32,000 bases of DNA from Aliivibrio fischeri ES114. Its GTDB lineage: Bacteria; Pseudomonadota; Gammaproteobacteria; Enterobacterales; Vibrionaceae. Where the stretch lies: assembly GCF_000011805.1 (NCBI RefSeq), contig NC_006841.2; one strand, given 5' to 3'. Below are positions 1-8,474 of the stretch, piece by piece (position 1 is the first letter of the stretch; each line of letters opens with the position of its first letter). The position numbers and the translations under genes were made by a program. The notes beneath the pieces are model-generated. The model saw nothing but the letters and a program-made list of their open reading frames with translations, did not search any database and was not told the DNA's origin.

Positions 1-101
1 TTAGTTAAAAATTGACTAATAAATATCAATGGCACAAGCGAGCAAATAATCAAAACGTAAGTGAATGCTTTACGTAAGCTCACATATGGGCGAGAAATCA
101 T
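1..101 (-). CDS. 5' end (33 codons visible) of a membrane-anchored protein; the gene runs off the left edge
   Basis: The ATG at 101..99 overlaps the TGA stop (100..98) of the upstream binding-protein gene as an ATGA junction. The hand translation MISRPYVSLRKAFTYVLIICSLVPLIFISQFLT has a basic stretch followed by a hydrophobic helix. The frame is open to position 1. Confidence 0.4.
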   Translation of the reverse strand, partial: MISRPYVSLRKAFTYVLIICSLVPLIFISQFLT

Positions 102-1261
102 GATCCTTCTACCTTTTTAGAAAAACGATCAATCAATTGATTAATATAAAGCATGGTTTCTTCTTTAGGCATACCATCAGAATAACGAGATACGCCTCTT
201 GCTAGAGCTTCCCAAATAAACGAGACTCGCACACTTGTTGGCATCGGCTGCGATTGTAAATATTGTTGATACACTGCATACATCACTTCTTGATCAGGTT
301 GTATCGATATTTGATTTACTTCCGTTGAAGCCGAGATATATTGATGCTCATTAATTAATTTAGTCAAAAATGCTTTGTCTTGAACCATAGTCAATAACTG
401 TTTAATCATCACTCTTTTAGCTGGGTTCTGTAATGCTGTTTTCGTGATCATTAGTACTTTACCTGCAGATAGAGATTTCATTGGTATACCACGATAACTT
501 GGTAATGAGGCAATGCCGAGGTTACTACCGAACTTTTCACGTAAATCACTTACCGCCCAGTCCCCATCAATAAGGTATGACGCTTTACCATCTATAAATA
601 ACTGTCGACTACATAAACTATTACATTGAGACCCCAAGTGATTCAATCTTACTAATTCATGAAAGAAAACTAATGTATTCATGCATTCATGATCTTTAAA
701 ATGAATCTGATCAAGCGGTATCTCTGGATGAAATAAACTAAAAAAAGCCGAAAAGAAATACATATCACGCGAGCTAAACGCAATGTGTGTTTTCTCTGGT
801 TCTTTTTCAGATAACGCTTGTAATTGCTCCCACTGAGTAACAGGGGTAGGAGTCTTACTCTTATCGTAAAAAAGCATTAAATGATTACCAAGAAATAGAG
901 GTAAGCCCATATAACTATCACCTACCATCGCACTTTGGCGCGCAGCTGGCTCTAACTGATCTTGATTTATCCACACTTTTGGAATCGGTGAAATACCTAT
1001 AAATTTATGCAACCCAAGAAAATCAGAAGGCACCCACGCCACATCTGGCATGTAATTTTTAGATCTTGAAGCTAATAAGAGTTCTGCTTTCATTTCATCA
1101 ATTGAGAATTTACGAATCATCAATTGGTTCCCTGTTCTTACTTCAAATTCAGCTGCTAACTCCTGATCAACGTTATCGCCAAATGCACTCCAAAATTCAA
1201 GCATTTCCGCTTTCGATATAAATGAAATAAATAATAATATAAGGGTGAAGAATTTAGACAT
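98..1261 (-). CDS. Periplasmic family-1 (MalE-like) solute-binding protein
   Basis: 387-aa ORF with an N-terminal signal peptide (MSKFFTLILLFISFISKAEM). It has MalE-like blocks: PDVAWVPSDFLG corresponds to the PDIIFWAHDRFGG region, and IDGDWAVSDL to INGPWAWSNI. Confidence 0.75.
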   Translation of the reverse strand: MSKFFTLILLFISFISKAEMLEFWSAFGDNVDQELAAEFEVRTGNQLMIRKFSIDEMKAELLLASRSKNYMPDVAWVPSDFLGLHKFIGISPIPKVWINQDQLEPAARQSAMVGDSYMGLPLFLGNHLMLFYDKSKTPTPVTQWEQLQALSEKEPEKTHIAFSSRDMYFFSAFFSLFHPEIPLDQIHFKDHECMNTLVFFHELVRLNHLGSQCNSLCSRQLFIDGKASYLIDGDWAVSDLREKFGSNLGIASLPSYRGIPMKSLSAGKVLMITKTALQNPAKRVMIKQLLTMVQDKAFLTKLINEHQYISASTEVNQISIQPDQEVMYAVYQQYLQSQPMPTSVRVSFIWEALARGVSRYSDGMPKEETMLYINQLIDRFSKKVEGS

Positions 1262-1518
1262 GGGATTGTTTTTACAAGTCAGATAAAAATGGAAAATATG
1301 CAGAGTAAATTAGTATAGTTTTAAGGTTGAATATTATATCAGATAAAGCTTAATTTACCTCTTTCTATTTATAAAATACCTCTTTAGGAGTTCATATTAG
1401 GTATTGAACTTCGCCCTTTAAATTTCCAAAAAAGAAAAGACTCTTTGAATTAATTTCACTAACTGAAACAGCAATAATTTCATTAGAATATAACCATACT
1501 AATAAAAAGGGTTTTATC

Positions 1519-3045
1519 ATGAGTCAAGAACGTTTCTATAGCATCATTACCGATGCCAATTTGTCACCAAAACAAAAATCAAACTACTTAGCATTAGAAG
1601 CTGAAGCAAGTTTGCCTTATATGGAAATTAATACAGAAACTCGCAAAGCAATGGATGACGGCGTTCTTTGTGATATGTTTGAAGGCCATGCCCCTTTTAA
1701 ACCTCGCTATGTATTACCTGATTACGCTAAGTTTTTAACTCAAGGTTCAGAATATTTAGAGTTAAGCCCAGCAGAAAATTTTGATGATGCATTAAATTTA
1801 CTCACCATCATTTATCATCATGTCCCTTCTGTTACTTCTATTCCTGTTTATCTTGGTCAACTTGATACTGTACTTCTGCCTTATGTTGGCGCCCTTAGCG
1901 ATGAAGAAATTTACCAAAAAATAAAACGTTTTTGGATCATGTTAGATCGCACCCTTCCTGATGCATTCATGCACGTAAACATTGGCCCAACGGACAATAT
2001 CATTTGTCGCACCATCTTACGTGTCGATGCTGAACTAAAGCAAATTGCTCCAAACTTGACCTTCATGTATGACGCAGACATCACGCCTGACGACCTACTG
2101 CGCCAAGCGGCATCTAATATTTGTGAATGCAGCAAGCCTCACATTGCTAACTACCCTGTACATGCACAAGCGTATAATAATACAGGCTTTGGCATTGTAA
2201 GTTGTTATAACTCACTGCCTCTTGCTGGTGGCTCAAACACCTTAGTTCGTATGAACTTAAAAGAAGCCGCTAAGAAAGCAGAAAACAAATCCGATTTCGT
2301 TAACCATGTTCTGCCTCATTACTGCAATATCATGTTTGGCTTAATTGAAACTCGTAGTGCTTTCTTACATGAAAAATCAAACTTCTTTGAAGGCTTCTTA
2401 ACTAAAGAAGGCCTTATCAATGAAGACCGCTTTGCCCCCATGTTCGGTATTTACGGCATGGCTGAAGCTGTTGATATTTTGATGGAAAAAGAAGGTATCG
2501 AAGCCAAATATGGTCATGATGAAATCGCAAACCAATTAGGTCATGCGATTTCTAAACAATTATCAGAAATCGTTGATGCGACAGATGTAAAATATGGCTA
2601 TCACGGTAAAGCACTGCTTCATGCTCAAGGTGGTATCAGTTTAGATATCGATGTAACACCAGGGGTTCGTATTCCTTATGGCACAGAACCGGATCCAGTT
2701 AGCTATGTACAAGCAACCGTTGGCCACCACCAATACTACACGTCGGGTATTAGCGATATTTTAACGATTGATGAAACAGTAAAATCAAACCCTGAAGCTA
2801 TGTTTAATTTAGCTAAAGGGGCCTTACAATTAGGTTATCGTGAGTTTACCGCAAACGTTGCTTCAAATGATTTAGTTCGAATCACAGGTTACATGGTGAA
2901 ACTGTCTGATATCGCAAAATACGATGCTGAAGGCTCACGAACCAATACCACTTTCTTAGGGGCAGAAGCGGCGAAAAATACAGAAGTATTAAATCGTACT
3001 CCGCGTGTTGCTGCGTTAGAAACGACACCAACCTACGCTAAGTAA
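1519..3045 (+). CDS. yjjI: YjjI-family glycyl-radical enzyme (substrate unknown)
   Basis: 508-aa ORF whose size and overall sequence resemble E. coli YjjI. A C-terminal glycyl-radical-type motif VRITGYMV is present, with the Gly codon at 2887..2889. An activase gene follows immediately. Confidence 0.8.
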   Translation: MSQERFYSIITDANLSPKQKSNYLALEAEASLPYMEINTETRKAMDDGVLCDMFEGHAPFKPRYVLPDYAKFLTQGSEYLELSPAENFDDALNLLTIIYHHVPSVTSIPVYLGQLDTVLLPYVGALSDEEIYQKIKRFWIMLDRTLPDAFMHVNIGPTDNIICRTILRVDAELKQIAPNLTFMYDADITPDDLLRQAASNICECSKPHIANYPVHAQAYNNTGFGIVSCYNSLPLAGGSNTLVRMNLKEAAKKAENKSDFVNHVLPHYCNIMFGLIETRSAFLHEKSNFFEGFLTKEGLINEDRFAPMFGIYGMAEAVDILMEKEGIEAKYGHDEIANQLGHAISKQLSEIVDATDVKYGYHGKALLHAQGGISLDIDVTPGVRIPYGTEPDPVSYVQATVGHHQYYTSGISDILTIDETVKSNPEAMFNLAKGALQLGYREFTANVASNDLVRITGYMVKLSDIAKYDAEGSRTNTTFLGAEAAKNTEVLNRTPRVAALETTPTYAK

Positions 3046-3053
3046 TTGCATTT

Positions 3054-3965
3054 ATGGTTAACACTGCCCTTTTAAACGGTGATAGCGTCAACTATGAAAA
3101 AACAGGAATGGTCAGTAAAGTGCTGACCTTTTCTTGTGTTGATGGACCGGGTAATCGCCTTGTGATCTTCTTACAAGGCTGTAACTATGACTGCATTACT
3201 TGTCATAACCCTCATACCATTAATCATTGTGACCACTGCGGTGATTGCGTCGCTCATTGCCCTACTAACGCATTAACGTTTGATGACTCACCAAGTCCAA
3301 AAGTCATCTGGAATGAACCTCTGTGTACTCAATGTGACAAATGCATTGATGTTTGCCCAAGTAAATCGAATCCTAAAATCACCCTATATTCGGTTCAACA
3401 ATTACTTGATTTGACCAAAAAACATGCACCTTTTTTAAGTGGAGTAACGGTTTCAGGAGGAGAAGCGACACTGCAACTTCCCTTTATTATTGAGTATTTT
3501 AAAGCAATTAAAGGCACTGATTCGTTACGTCATTTAACCTGTTTTATTGATAGTAACGGCAGCTTATCTGAGCAAGGTTGGAACAAAGTCCTACCTTATT
3601 TAGATGGTGCCATGATTGACTTAAAAGCATGGCAAAATGAAACGCATTTATGGCTCGTTGGTAGAGACAATCATCGAGTATTAAACACAATAAGCCTACT
3701 AACTCAGCACAATAAACTTCATGAAGTACGTTTACTGTATATTCCCAATAAAACCGATTTACTCACTGAAGTGGATGCGGTGAGCGACTATCTAAAAACG
3801 TTACCTGAACACGTTCAGATCCGATTAAACGCCTTTCAACATCACGGCGTTATTGGTGAAGCATTAACGTGGGAAAAATGCAGCAAAACACAAATGGAAG
3901 AATTTGAAGCCAACCTAGTACAAAGATTAGGTCGTAAAGTGATAACTCCATCTATTTATACTTAA
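3054..3965 (+). CDS. yjjW: Glycyl-radical enzyme activase (radical SAM, YjjW-like)
   Basis: FSCVDGPGNRLVIFLQGCNYDCITCHNP contains the radical-SAM CX3CX2C motif. Further Cys clusters (CDHCGDCVAHCP, CTQCDKCIDVCP) are typical of the ferredoxin-like insert of GRE activases. The start is 9 bp after yjjI. An alternative start lies at 3108 (MVSKVL). Confidence 0.8.
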   Translation: MVNTALLNGDSVNYEKTGMVSKVLTFSCVDGPGNRLVIFLQGCNYDCITCHNPHTINHCDHCGDCVAHCPTNALTFDDSPSPKVIWNEPLCTQCDKCIDVCPSKSNPKITLYSVQQLLDLTKKHAPFLSGVTVSGGEATLQLPFIIEYFKAIKGTDSLRHLTCFIDSNGSLSEQGWNKVLPYLDGAMIDLKAWQNETHLWLVGRDNHRVLNTISLLTQHNKLHEVRLLYIPNKTDLLTEVDAVSDYLKTLPEHVQIRLNAFQHHGVIGEALTWEKCSKTQMEEFEANLVQRLGRKVITPSIYT

Positions 3966-4012
3966 AAGATAACAATATGTTAAACACTAGAATAAAAACA
4001 AATTCCTAATAC

Positions 4013-4052
4013 AAATAGCCAACACCATCCCCCTTGTGTTGGCTATTTTTTT
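4013..4052 (+). terminator. Rho-independent terminator after yjjW
   Basis: Perfect 13-bp stem: aaatagccaacac (4013-4025) pairs with gtgttggctattt (4036-4048). The loop is 10 nt and the T-run extends to 4052. Confidence 0.8.
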
Positions 4053-4108
4053 ATAGTTATTTTGAAAATACTGCGGCTAAATAACGATTATTTAAGCCTT
4101 TAGTAACA

Positions 4109-5053
4109 TCATTCGAATGTTATATCGCTTACTTGTTCTTTTATGCGATTCAACAACCAACTCAATGCTTGATCATTCAAACTCAGCTTATTATAAACCA
4201 CGCTATAAGCGACTTGACCATAACCAAATGGCAATGTTTTTTGAACTAATCCTTGCGCTTGTTTTGTCACTTCAAACCACTTTTTTGAACTTGTAAATAA
4301 AAAATCAGATTGCTGACACATAGCTGCTGCGCTACCGAAATCAGCAACGAACATCGCCATCGTTCTAGACTGATGCTGTTGTGTTAGTAGCTGTTCAAAA
4401 TAAGGCTTATTAAGTTCTTTATCAAAAATACCTATGTGTTTATAAGAAAGATAATCTTCAATAGTTAATTCATCTTTTGCTAAAGGATGATCCTCTCGCA
4501 TTAAACAAACCATCTCATCTTCGATAACACTTTCCCATACTAGCTGCTTTTCATTTGTCGGTGGCTGACTCTTATCATGAGGTAAAATAATCAGGTCAAC
4601 TTGCCCATTAAGTAATGCATCAAACCCCAATTGCTCCTTTGAATGAATATTTATTTGAGCATTTGTCGCTTGATTTGACAAAATATCGCTAATAACAGGA
4701 GCAAAAACTTCAAGAGTACTTTCTCGCATAGAAAGAGAAAAACGACCAGAAAACAATGCCGGATCAAACGTAGATTGGTTAAGCAGGCCATTCATATTAT
4801 TTAAAATCAAATGAACCGTTGGTCCTATTTTCACGGCATAAGGTGTTGGAATTAGCTGTGTTCCATCTCGATAAAACAATTCATCATTCAATACCTTTCG
4901 TAGTTGAGTTAATGTTTTACTGACACTGGATGGACTCATGCATAGTGTTTCAGCACTTTTAGTAACACTGTGAGTCGAAAGCATAATATGCAAAGCCGTC
5001 AAATGCTTAAAACTAATACGAGAAAGTTGAATAAGATCCATTAGTGTCCACAA
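4109..5053 (-). CDS. LysR-family transcriptional regulator
   Basis: N-terminal HTH region (LTALHIMLSTHSVTKSAETLCMSPSSVSKTLTQLRKVL) followed by a substrate-binding-domain-length C-terminus. The true start may be the ATG at 5041 (MDLIQL). Confidence 0.85.
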   Translation of the reverse strand: MWTLMDLIQLSRISFKHLTALHIMLSTHSVTKSAETLCMSPSSVSKTLTQLRKVLNDELFYRDGTQLIPTPYAVKIGPTVHLILNNMNGLLNQSTFDPALFSGRFSLSMRESTLEVFAPVISDILSNQATNAQINIHSKEQLGFDALLNGQVDLIILPHDKSQPPTNEKQLVWESVIEDEMVCLMREDHPLAKDELTIEDYLSYKHIGIFDKELNKPYFEQLLTQQHQSRTMAMFVADFGSAAAMCQQSDFLFTSSKKWFEVTKQAQGLVQKTLPFGYGQVAYSVVYNKLSLNDQALSWLLNRIKEQVSDITFE

Positions 5054-5135
5054 ATAAGAATTAACCGAGAATACACATTATAAAACATTTTGTAGTTGAA
5101 ATGACAAATGACATCCTTTACCATCCATCACCTTA

Positions 5136-5272
5136 CTCTTTGGGGAGTAGCCTGCTTTCTCGTTTTCATAAAAATACATAAAACAGAAAGCTCATATATC
5201 AACATAATTGATGCAAAATCATCATGGTATATGAGACAAGCCTGAGCAGCTTGTTTGGCAAGACCTTAGATT
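5136..5272 (+). promoter_or_regulatory. yybP-ykoY (Mn2+) riboswitch
   Basis: Both conserved loops of the motif are present: CUUUGGGGAGUAGCC (5138-5152) and AUAUGAGACAAGCC...UUGGCAAGACCUUAGA (5228-5270). The element sits directly upstream of a UPF0016 Mn-exporter-type gene. Confidence 0.75.
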
Positions 5273-5338
5273 AACATCACGAACCATTGGGTGGGCGTGA
5301 GGTTTTTCTATGGTTTTTATAATTATAATCCCACCCTA

Positions 5339-5908
5339 ATGAGTAATGTCGTGAGTGTATTAGCAATATCAATAACCACCGTAGCCTTAGCGGAGATCGG
5401 TGACAAAACCCAACTCCTCTCTTTACTGCTTGCCAGTAGATACCGAAAACCAATTCCTATTATTGCCGCAATTTTTTTTGCAACCATAGTAAATCATGCT
5501 TTAGCTGCCTATTTAGGTGTCGTCGTTGCTGACCTTTTAACTCCTGAAACACTAAGATGGGTGTTAATCATCAGTTTTATAGCAATGGCTGGTTGGGTAT
5601 TAATTCCTGATAAGCTAGATGATGATGAAGCTATATCAAATAGAGGCCCTTTTGTTGCCAGTTTCATCGCCTTTTTTATTGCTGAAATTGGAGATAAAAC
5701 TCAAATAGCTACTTCTATTCTAGGAGCTCAAAATGCAGATGCGCTGCATTGGGTTATTTTAGGCACAACCATTGGCATGCTATTAGCAAACGTTCCTGTT
5801 GTATTAATAGGAAAGCTTTCAGCAAATAAGTTGCCATTAACTCTAATCCATAGAATTACCGCTGTTATTTTCTTGGGACTGGCTGTCGGTACGTTCTTAG
5901 GGGTGTAA
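5339..5908 (+). CDS. mneA: UPF0016 (GDT1/TMEM165) family Mn2+ exporter, MneA-like
   Basis: The family signature E-x-G-D-K-T occurs twice (AEIGDKTQLL and AEIGDKTQIA) in a two-repeat polytopic membrane protein. I prefer the ATG at 5339 (MSNVVSVLAIS) to the GTG at 5291 in the ORF track, because the extra 16 residues fall in the riboswitch expression platform. No clear SD is visible for either start. Confidence 0.8.
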   Translation: MSNVVSVLAISITTVALAEIGDKTQLLSLLLASRYRKPIPIIAAIFFATIVNHALAAYLGVVVADLLTPETLRWVLIISFIAMAGWVLIPDKLDDDEAISNRGPFVASFIAFFIAEIGDKTQIATSILGAQNADALHWVILGTTIGMLLANVPVVLIGKLSANKLPLTLIHRITAVIFLGLAVGTFLGV

Positions 5909-6085
5909 CCTCAATCAGTTTTAATTCTCTTCAATAAGACTGATTCATGAAAAGCGAATTATAAAATGACTCAAACTACAGGTTAACTTGTTTTCTATTA
6001 ATAAGCCCTTATGTTTGTAATAGAAGCAGATCATCCTTGGATGATCTGCAGCCTATTTTACAGACGTTTAATAATGGACTGCCTT

Positions 6086-6808
6086 ATGAACCCAGTTATC
6101 GATACCATTTTAGAGCATTGCTCTATTCGCTCTTTTACTAATGAACCTATCCCTAAAGAACAATTAGATACCATCATCAGCGCTGGTATTGCGGCCTCTT
6201 CTTCTAGCTTGCTCCAAGTCAATTCGATTATTCGAATTACCGATAAGGAAAAACGAAAAGCATTAGTTGAGCTATCAGGAGGCCAACCTTATGTTGAAGG
6301 TGCGGCTGAGTTTCTTGTTTTCTGTATTGATTTTCAACGTCATTATGAAATGAACCCAGAGATCAAAGCCGAATTTACCGAACTTACTCTTATTGGTGCT
6401 GTTGATGCAGGTATTATGGCGCAAAATTGTCTTTTAGCTGCAGAATCTATGGGATTAGGAGGTGTGTATATCGGTGGGTTACGTACAAACGCACAAGGCG
6501 TAGATGATTTATTAGAACTGCCAAAAAACACAGCTGTTTTGTTTGGTATGTGCCTAGGTTACCCAAATCAAGCGCCTCAAAAAAAGCCACGTTTAAGTCC
6601 TGATGTTATTGTTCATGAAAATACTTATCAGCCGCTGGATAAAAGTAAAATTGATGAATATGACGAAATAATGCAAAGCTATTATGCAAGGCGTTCAACA
6701 AACCAAAAACAAAGTTCATGGTCAGAACAAATTACAGGAAAACTGTCGCAAGAATCTCGCCCTCACATTAAAGGCTACTTAAATAATAAAGGTCTAGCTA
6801 TTAAGTGA
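6086..6808 (+). CDS. nfsA: Oxygen-insensitive NADPH nitroreductase / flavin reductase (NfsA/Frp family)
   Basis: LEHCSIRSFTNEPIPKEQLDTII...SSSSLLQVNSIIRITDKEKRKALVELSGGQPYVEGAAEFLVFCIDFQRH is close to collinear with the E. coli NfsA N-terminal region. The start at 6086 (MNPVIDT) is preferred to 6011. Confidence 0.85.
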   Translation: MNPVIDTILEHCSIRSFTNEPIPKEQLDTIISAGIAASSSSLLQVNSIIRITDKEKRKALVELSGGQPYVEGAAEFLVFCIDFQRHYEMNPEIKAEFTELTLIGAVDAGIMAQNCLLAAESMGLGGVYIGGLRTNAQGVDDLLELPKNTAVLFGMCLGYPNQAPQKKPRLSPDVIVHENTYQPLDKSKIDEYDEIMQSYYARRSTNQKQSSWSEQITGKLSQESRPHIKGYLNNKGLAIK

Positions 6809-6872
6809 TATAAGCATAAATAGAGAAAACAACTAAACTTAAAAACAATAAATACGATTTTAAGGTGTTGTT

Positions 6873-8243
6873 ATGCTTTCTATCTTTGATATTTTCAAAA
6901 TTGGTGTTGGTCCATCAAGTTCTCATACTAATGGACCAATGATTGCGGGTTATCATTTTACTCAACTGATTGAGCCCTACTTACCTCAAATAACACGCAT
7001 TCAAGTCGATCTTTATGGCTCTCTTTCATTAACAGGTATAGGGCACCATACTGATCGTGCAACGCTTCTGGGTTTACTTGGAAACAAACCCGATACGATA
7101 AAAATAACCAGTGCTAATCGCACTATGCGTAAGGCAATAGAAGAACATGCCCTCCAACTCTCTGGCAAATCAACCATCTCCTTCGATTATGAAACGGACA
7201 TGTTGTTTCATAAAACGAATTTACCTCTTCATGAAAATGGCATGACTATTTCTGCTTTTACTACTGATAATAAACAAATTGCAATCGAAACATATTACTC
7301 TGTTGGCGGCGGTTTCATCGCAACCGAAAGCGAGCTTAAAAATGAAAATCAAACACCAGAAATCAAAGTAGAATTCCCTTTTAGCTCTGCGGATGAAATG
7401 CTAGAAAAAGCAGAAAAGCATGGACTCAGCCTAAGTGGATTAGTCTTACGTAACGAAGTCTCATTCCAATCAATAGAAGCAATTAACTCTAAAGCAGACC
7501 AAATCTGGAAAGTCATGTCCCTTTGCATGGAAAGAGGCTTTCAAACTGAAGGCATTCTTGAAGGTGGCTTAAATGTCACCCGTAGAGCACCGGCATTACT
7601 CAAAAAATTAGAAGTGAATACATCCACACATAATGACCCTATGGAAGTATTAGATTGGGTGAATCTGTTTGCTTTTGCCGTTAGCGAAGAAAATGCAGCG
7701 GGAGGTCAGGTTGTAACCTCCCCAACTAACGGTGCAGCAGGTGTGATCCCAAGTGTTTTGATGTACTACCACAAATTTATTAAACCCTTAGACACTAAGC
7801 AACTTAAAGACTTTTTAGCCGTATCGGGTGCTATCGGTATTTTATACAAAACTAACGCCTCTATCTCTGGAGCCGAAGTTGGTTGCCAAGGCGAAGTTGG
7901 TGTGTCGTCCTCCATGGCGGCCGCTGGGCTAACATCGCTTCTTGGTGGCAGTAATGAACAAATTTGCATGGCCGCTGAAATTGCAATGGAACATTCCTTA
8001 GGCATGACTTGTGACCCCATTGGGGGACTGGTTCAGGTTCCTTGTATCGAACGAAACGCAATGGGAGCAATGAAAGCCATAAATGCTTCACGTATGGCGT
8101 TAAAGCGCACAAGCAAATGCTTAATCTCACTAGATAAAGTCATTGAGACCATGTACCAAACAGGAAAAGACATGAATAAGAAATATCGAGAAACTTCATT
8201 AGGAGGATTGGCTTTAATTCATATGGCTCCTCCTTGTGAGTAA
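6873..8243 (+). CDS. sdaA: L-serine ammonia-lyase (L-serine dehydratase, 4Fe-4S type)
   Basis: The characteristic N-terminus MLSIFDIFKIGVGPSSSHTNGPM is present. The protein is 456 aa with a fused beta/alpha arrangement. An aaggtg SD precedes the ATG. Confidence 0.9.
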   Translation: MLSIFDIFKIGVGPSSSHTNGPMIAGYHFTQLIEPYLPQITRIQVDLYGSLSLTGIGHHTDRATLLGLLGNKPDTIKITSANRTMRKAIEEHALQLSGKSTISFDYETDMLFHKTNLPLHENGMTISAFTTDNKQIAIETYYSVGGGFIATESELKNENQTPEIKVEFPFSSADEMLEKAEKHGLSLSGLVLRNEVSFQSIEAINSKADQIWKVMSLCMERGFQTEGILEGGLNVTRRAPALLKKLEVNTSTHNDPMEVLDWVNLFAFAVSEENAAGGQVVTSPTNGAAGVIPSVLMYYHKFIKPLDTKQLKDFLAVSGAIGILYKTNASISGAEVGCQGEVGVSSSMAAAGLTSLLGGSNEQICMAAEIAMEHSLGMTCDPIGGLVQVPCIERNAMGAMKAINASRMALKRTSKCLISLDKVIETMYQTGKDMNKKYRETSLGGLALIHMAPPCE

Positions 8244-8398
8244 TAATGACCGTTCTATTCTTCCATGAGGATCTTCTTCTACAGGTCTAAATAACTCGAT
8301 TAAGCCCTATTTCCATAGTTTGATTTACATAACAGAAATACAAATCAACCACTTTAATTTGTGACTACTATCATACTATTCCCACACAAATAGATAAG

Positions 8399-8422
8399 AG
8401 CGGAAAAATTTCCGCTTTTTAC
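8399..8422 (+). terminator. Short GC-stem hairpin plus T-run in the sdaA-nupC spacer
   Basis: agcgga (8399-8404) pairs with tccgct (8411-8416), followed by tttt-ac-tttttt. The stem is only 6 bp. Confidence 0.5.
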
Positions 8423-8474
8423 TTTTTTAGCCGCCGTATTGTCTCATTACCTTTTAAATCCTTTGGAGTATTTC

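Noticed and set aside
1262-1518. Possible FNR/CRP site (tttgaattaatttcac) upstream of the glycyl-radical enzyme gene
   Set aside because: The half-sites and spacing do not fit TTGAT-N4-ATCAA or TGTGA-N6-TCACA without shifting register. The AT-rich background makes such near-matches common.
1911-2135. Short ORFs nested antisense or out of frame in well-supported genes: this one, plus 6343..6531, 7766..8020, 7861..8130, 8801..9016, 9026..9214, 12248..12469, 13767..13997, 14555..14782, 16470..16670, 19316..19579, 24200..24409, 25579..25779, 25804..26046, 26241..26471, 27478..27705, 27949..28134, 28081..28311, 28677..28988, 29715..29918, 30251..30604, 30749..30943 and 30813..31034
   Set aside because: Each is fully contained within a longer ORF that has clear family motifs. 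None has recognisable motifs or translation signals. They are shadow ORFs.
5291-5338. N-terminal extensions in the ORF track (5291, 6011, 8439, 13460, 15462, 28432)
   Set aside because: In each case a downstream start gives a family-typical N-terminus or signal peptide. The extension overlaps a riboswitch, a terminator hairpin or the preceding gene.
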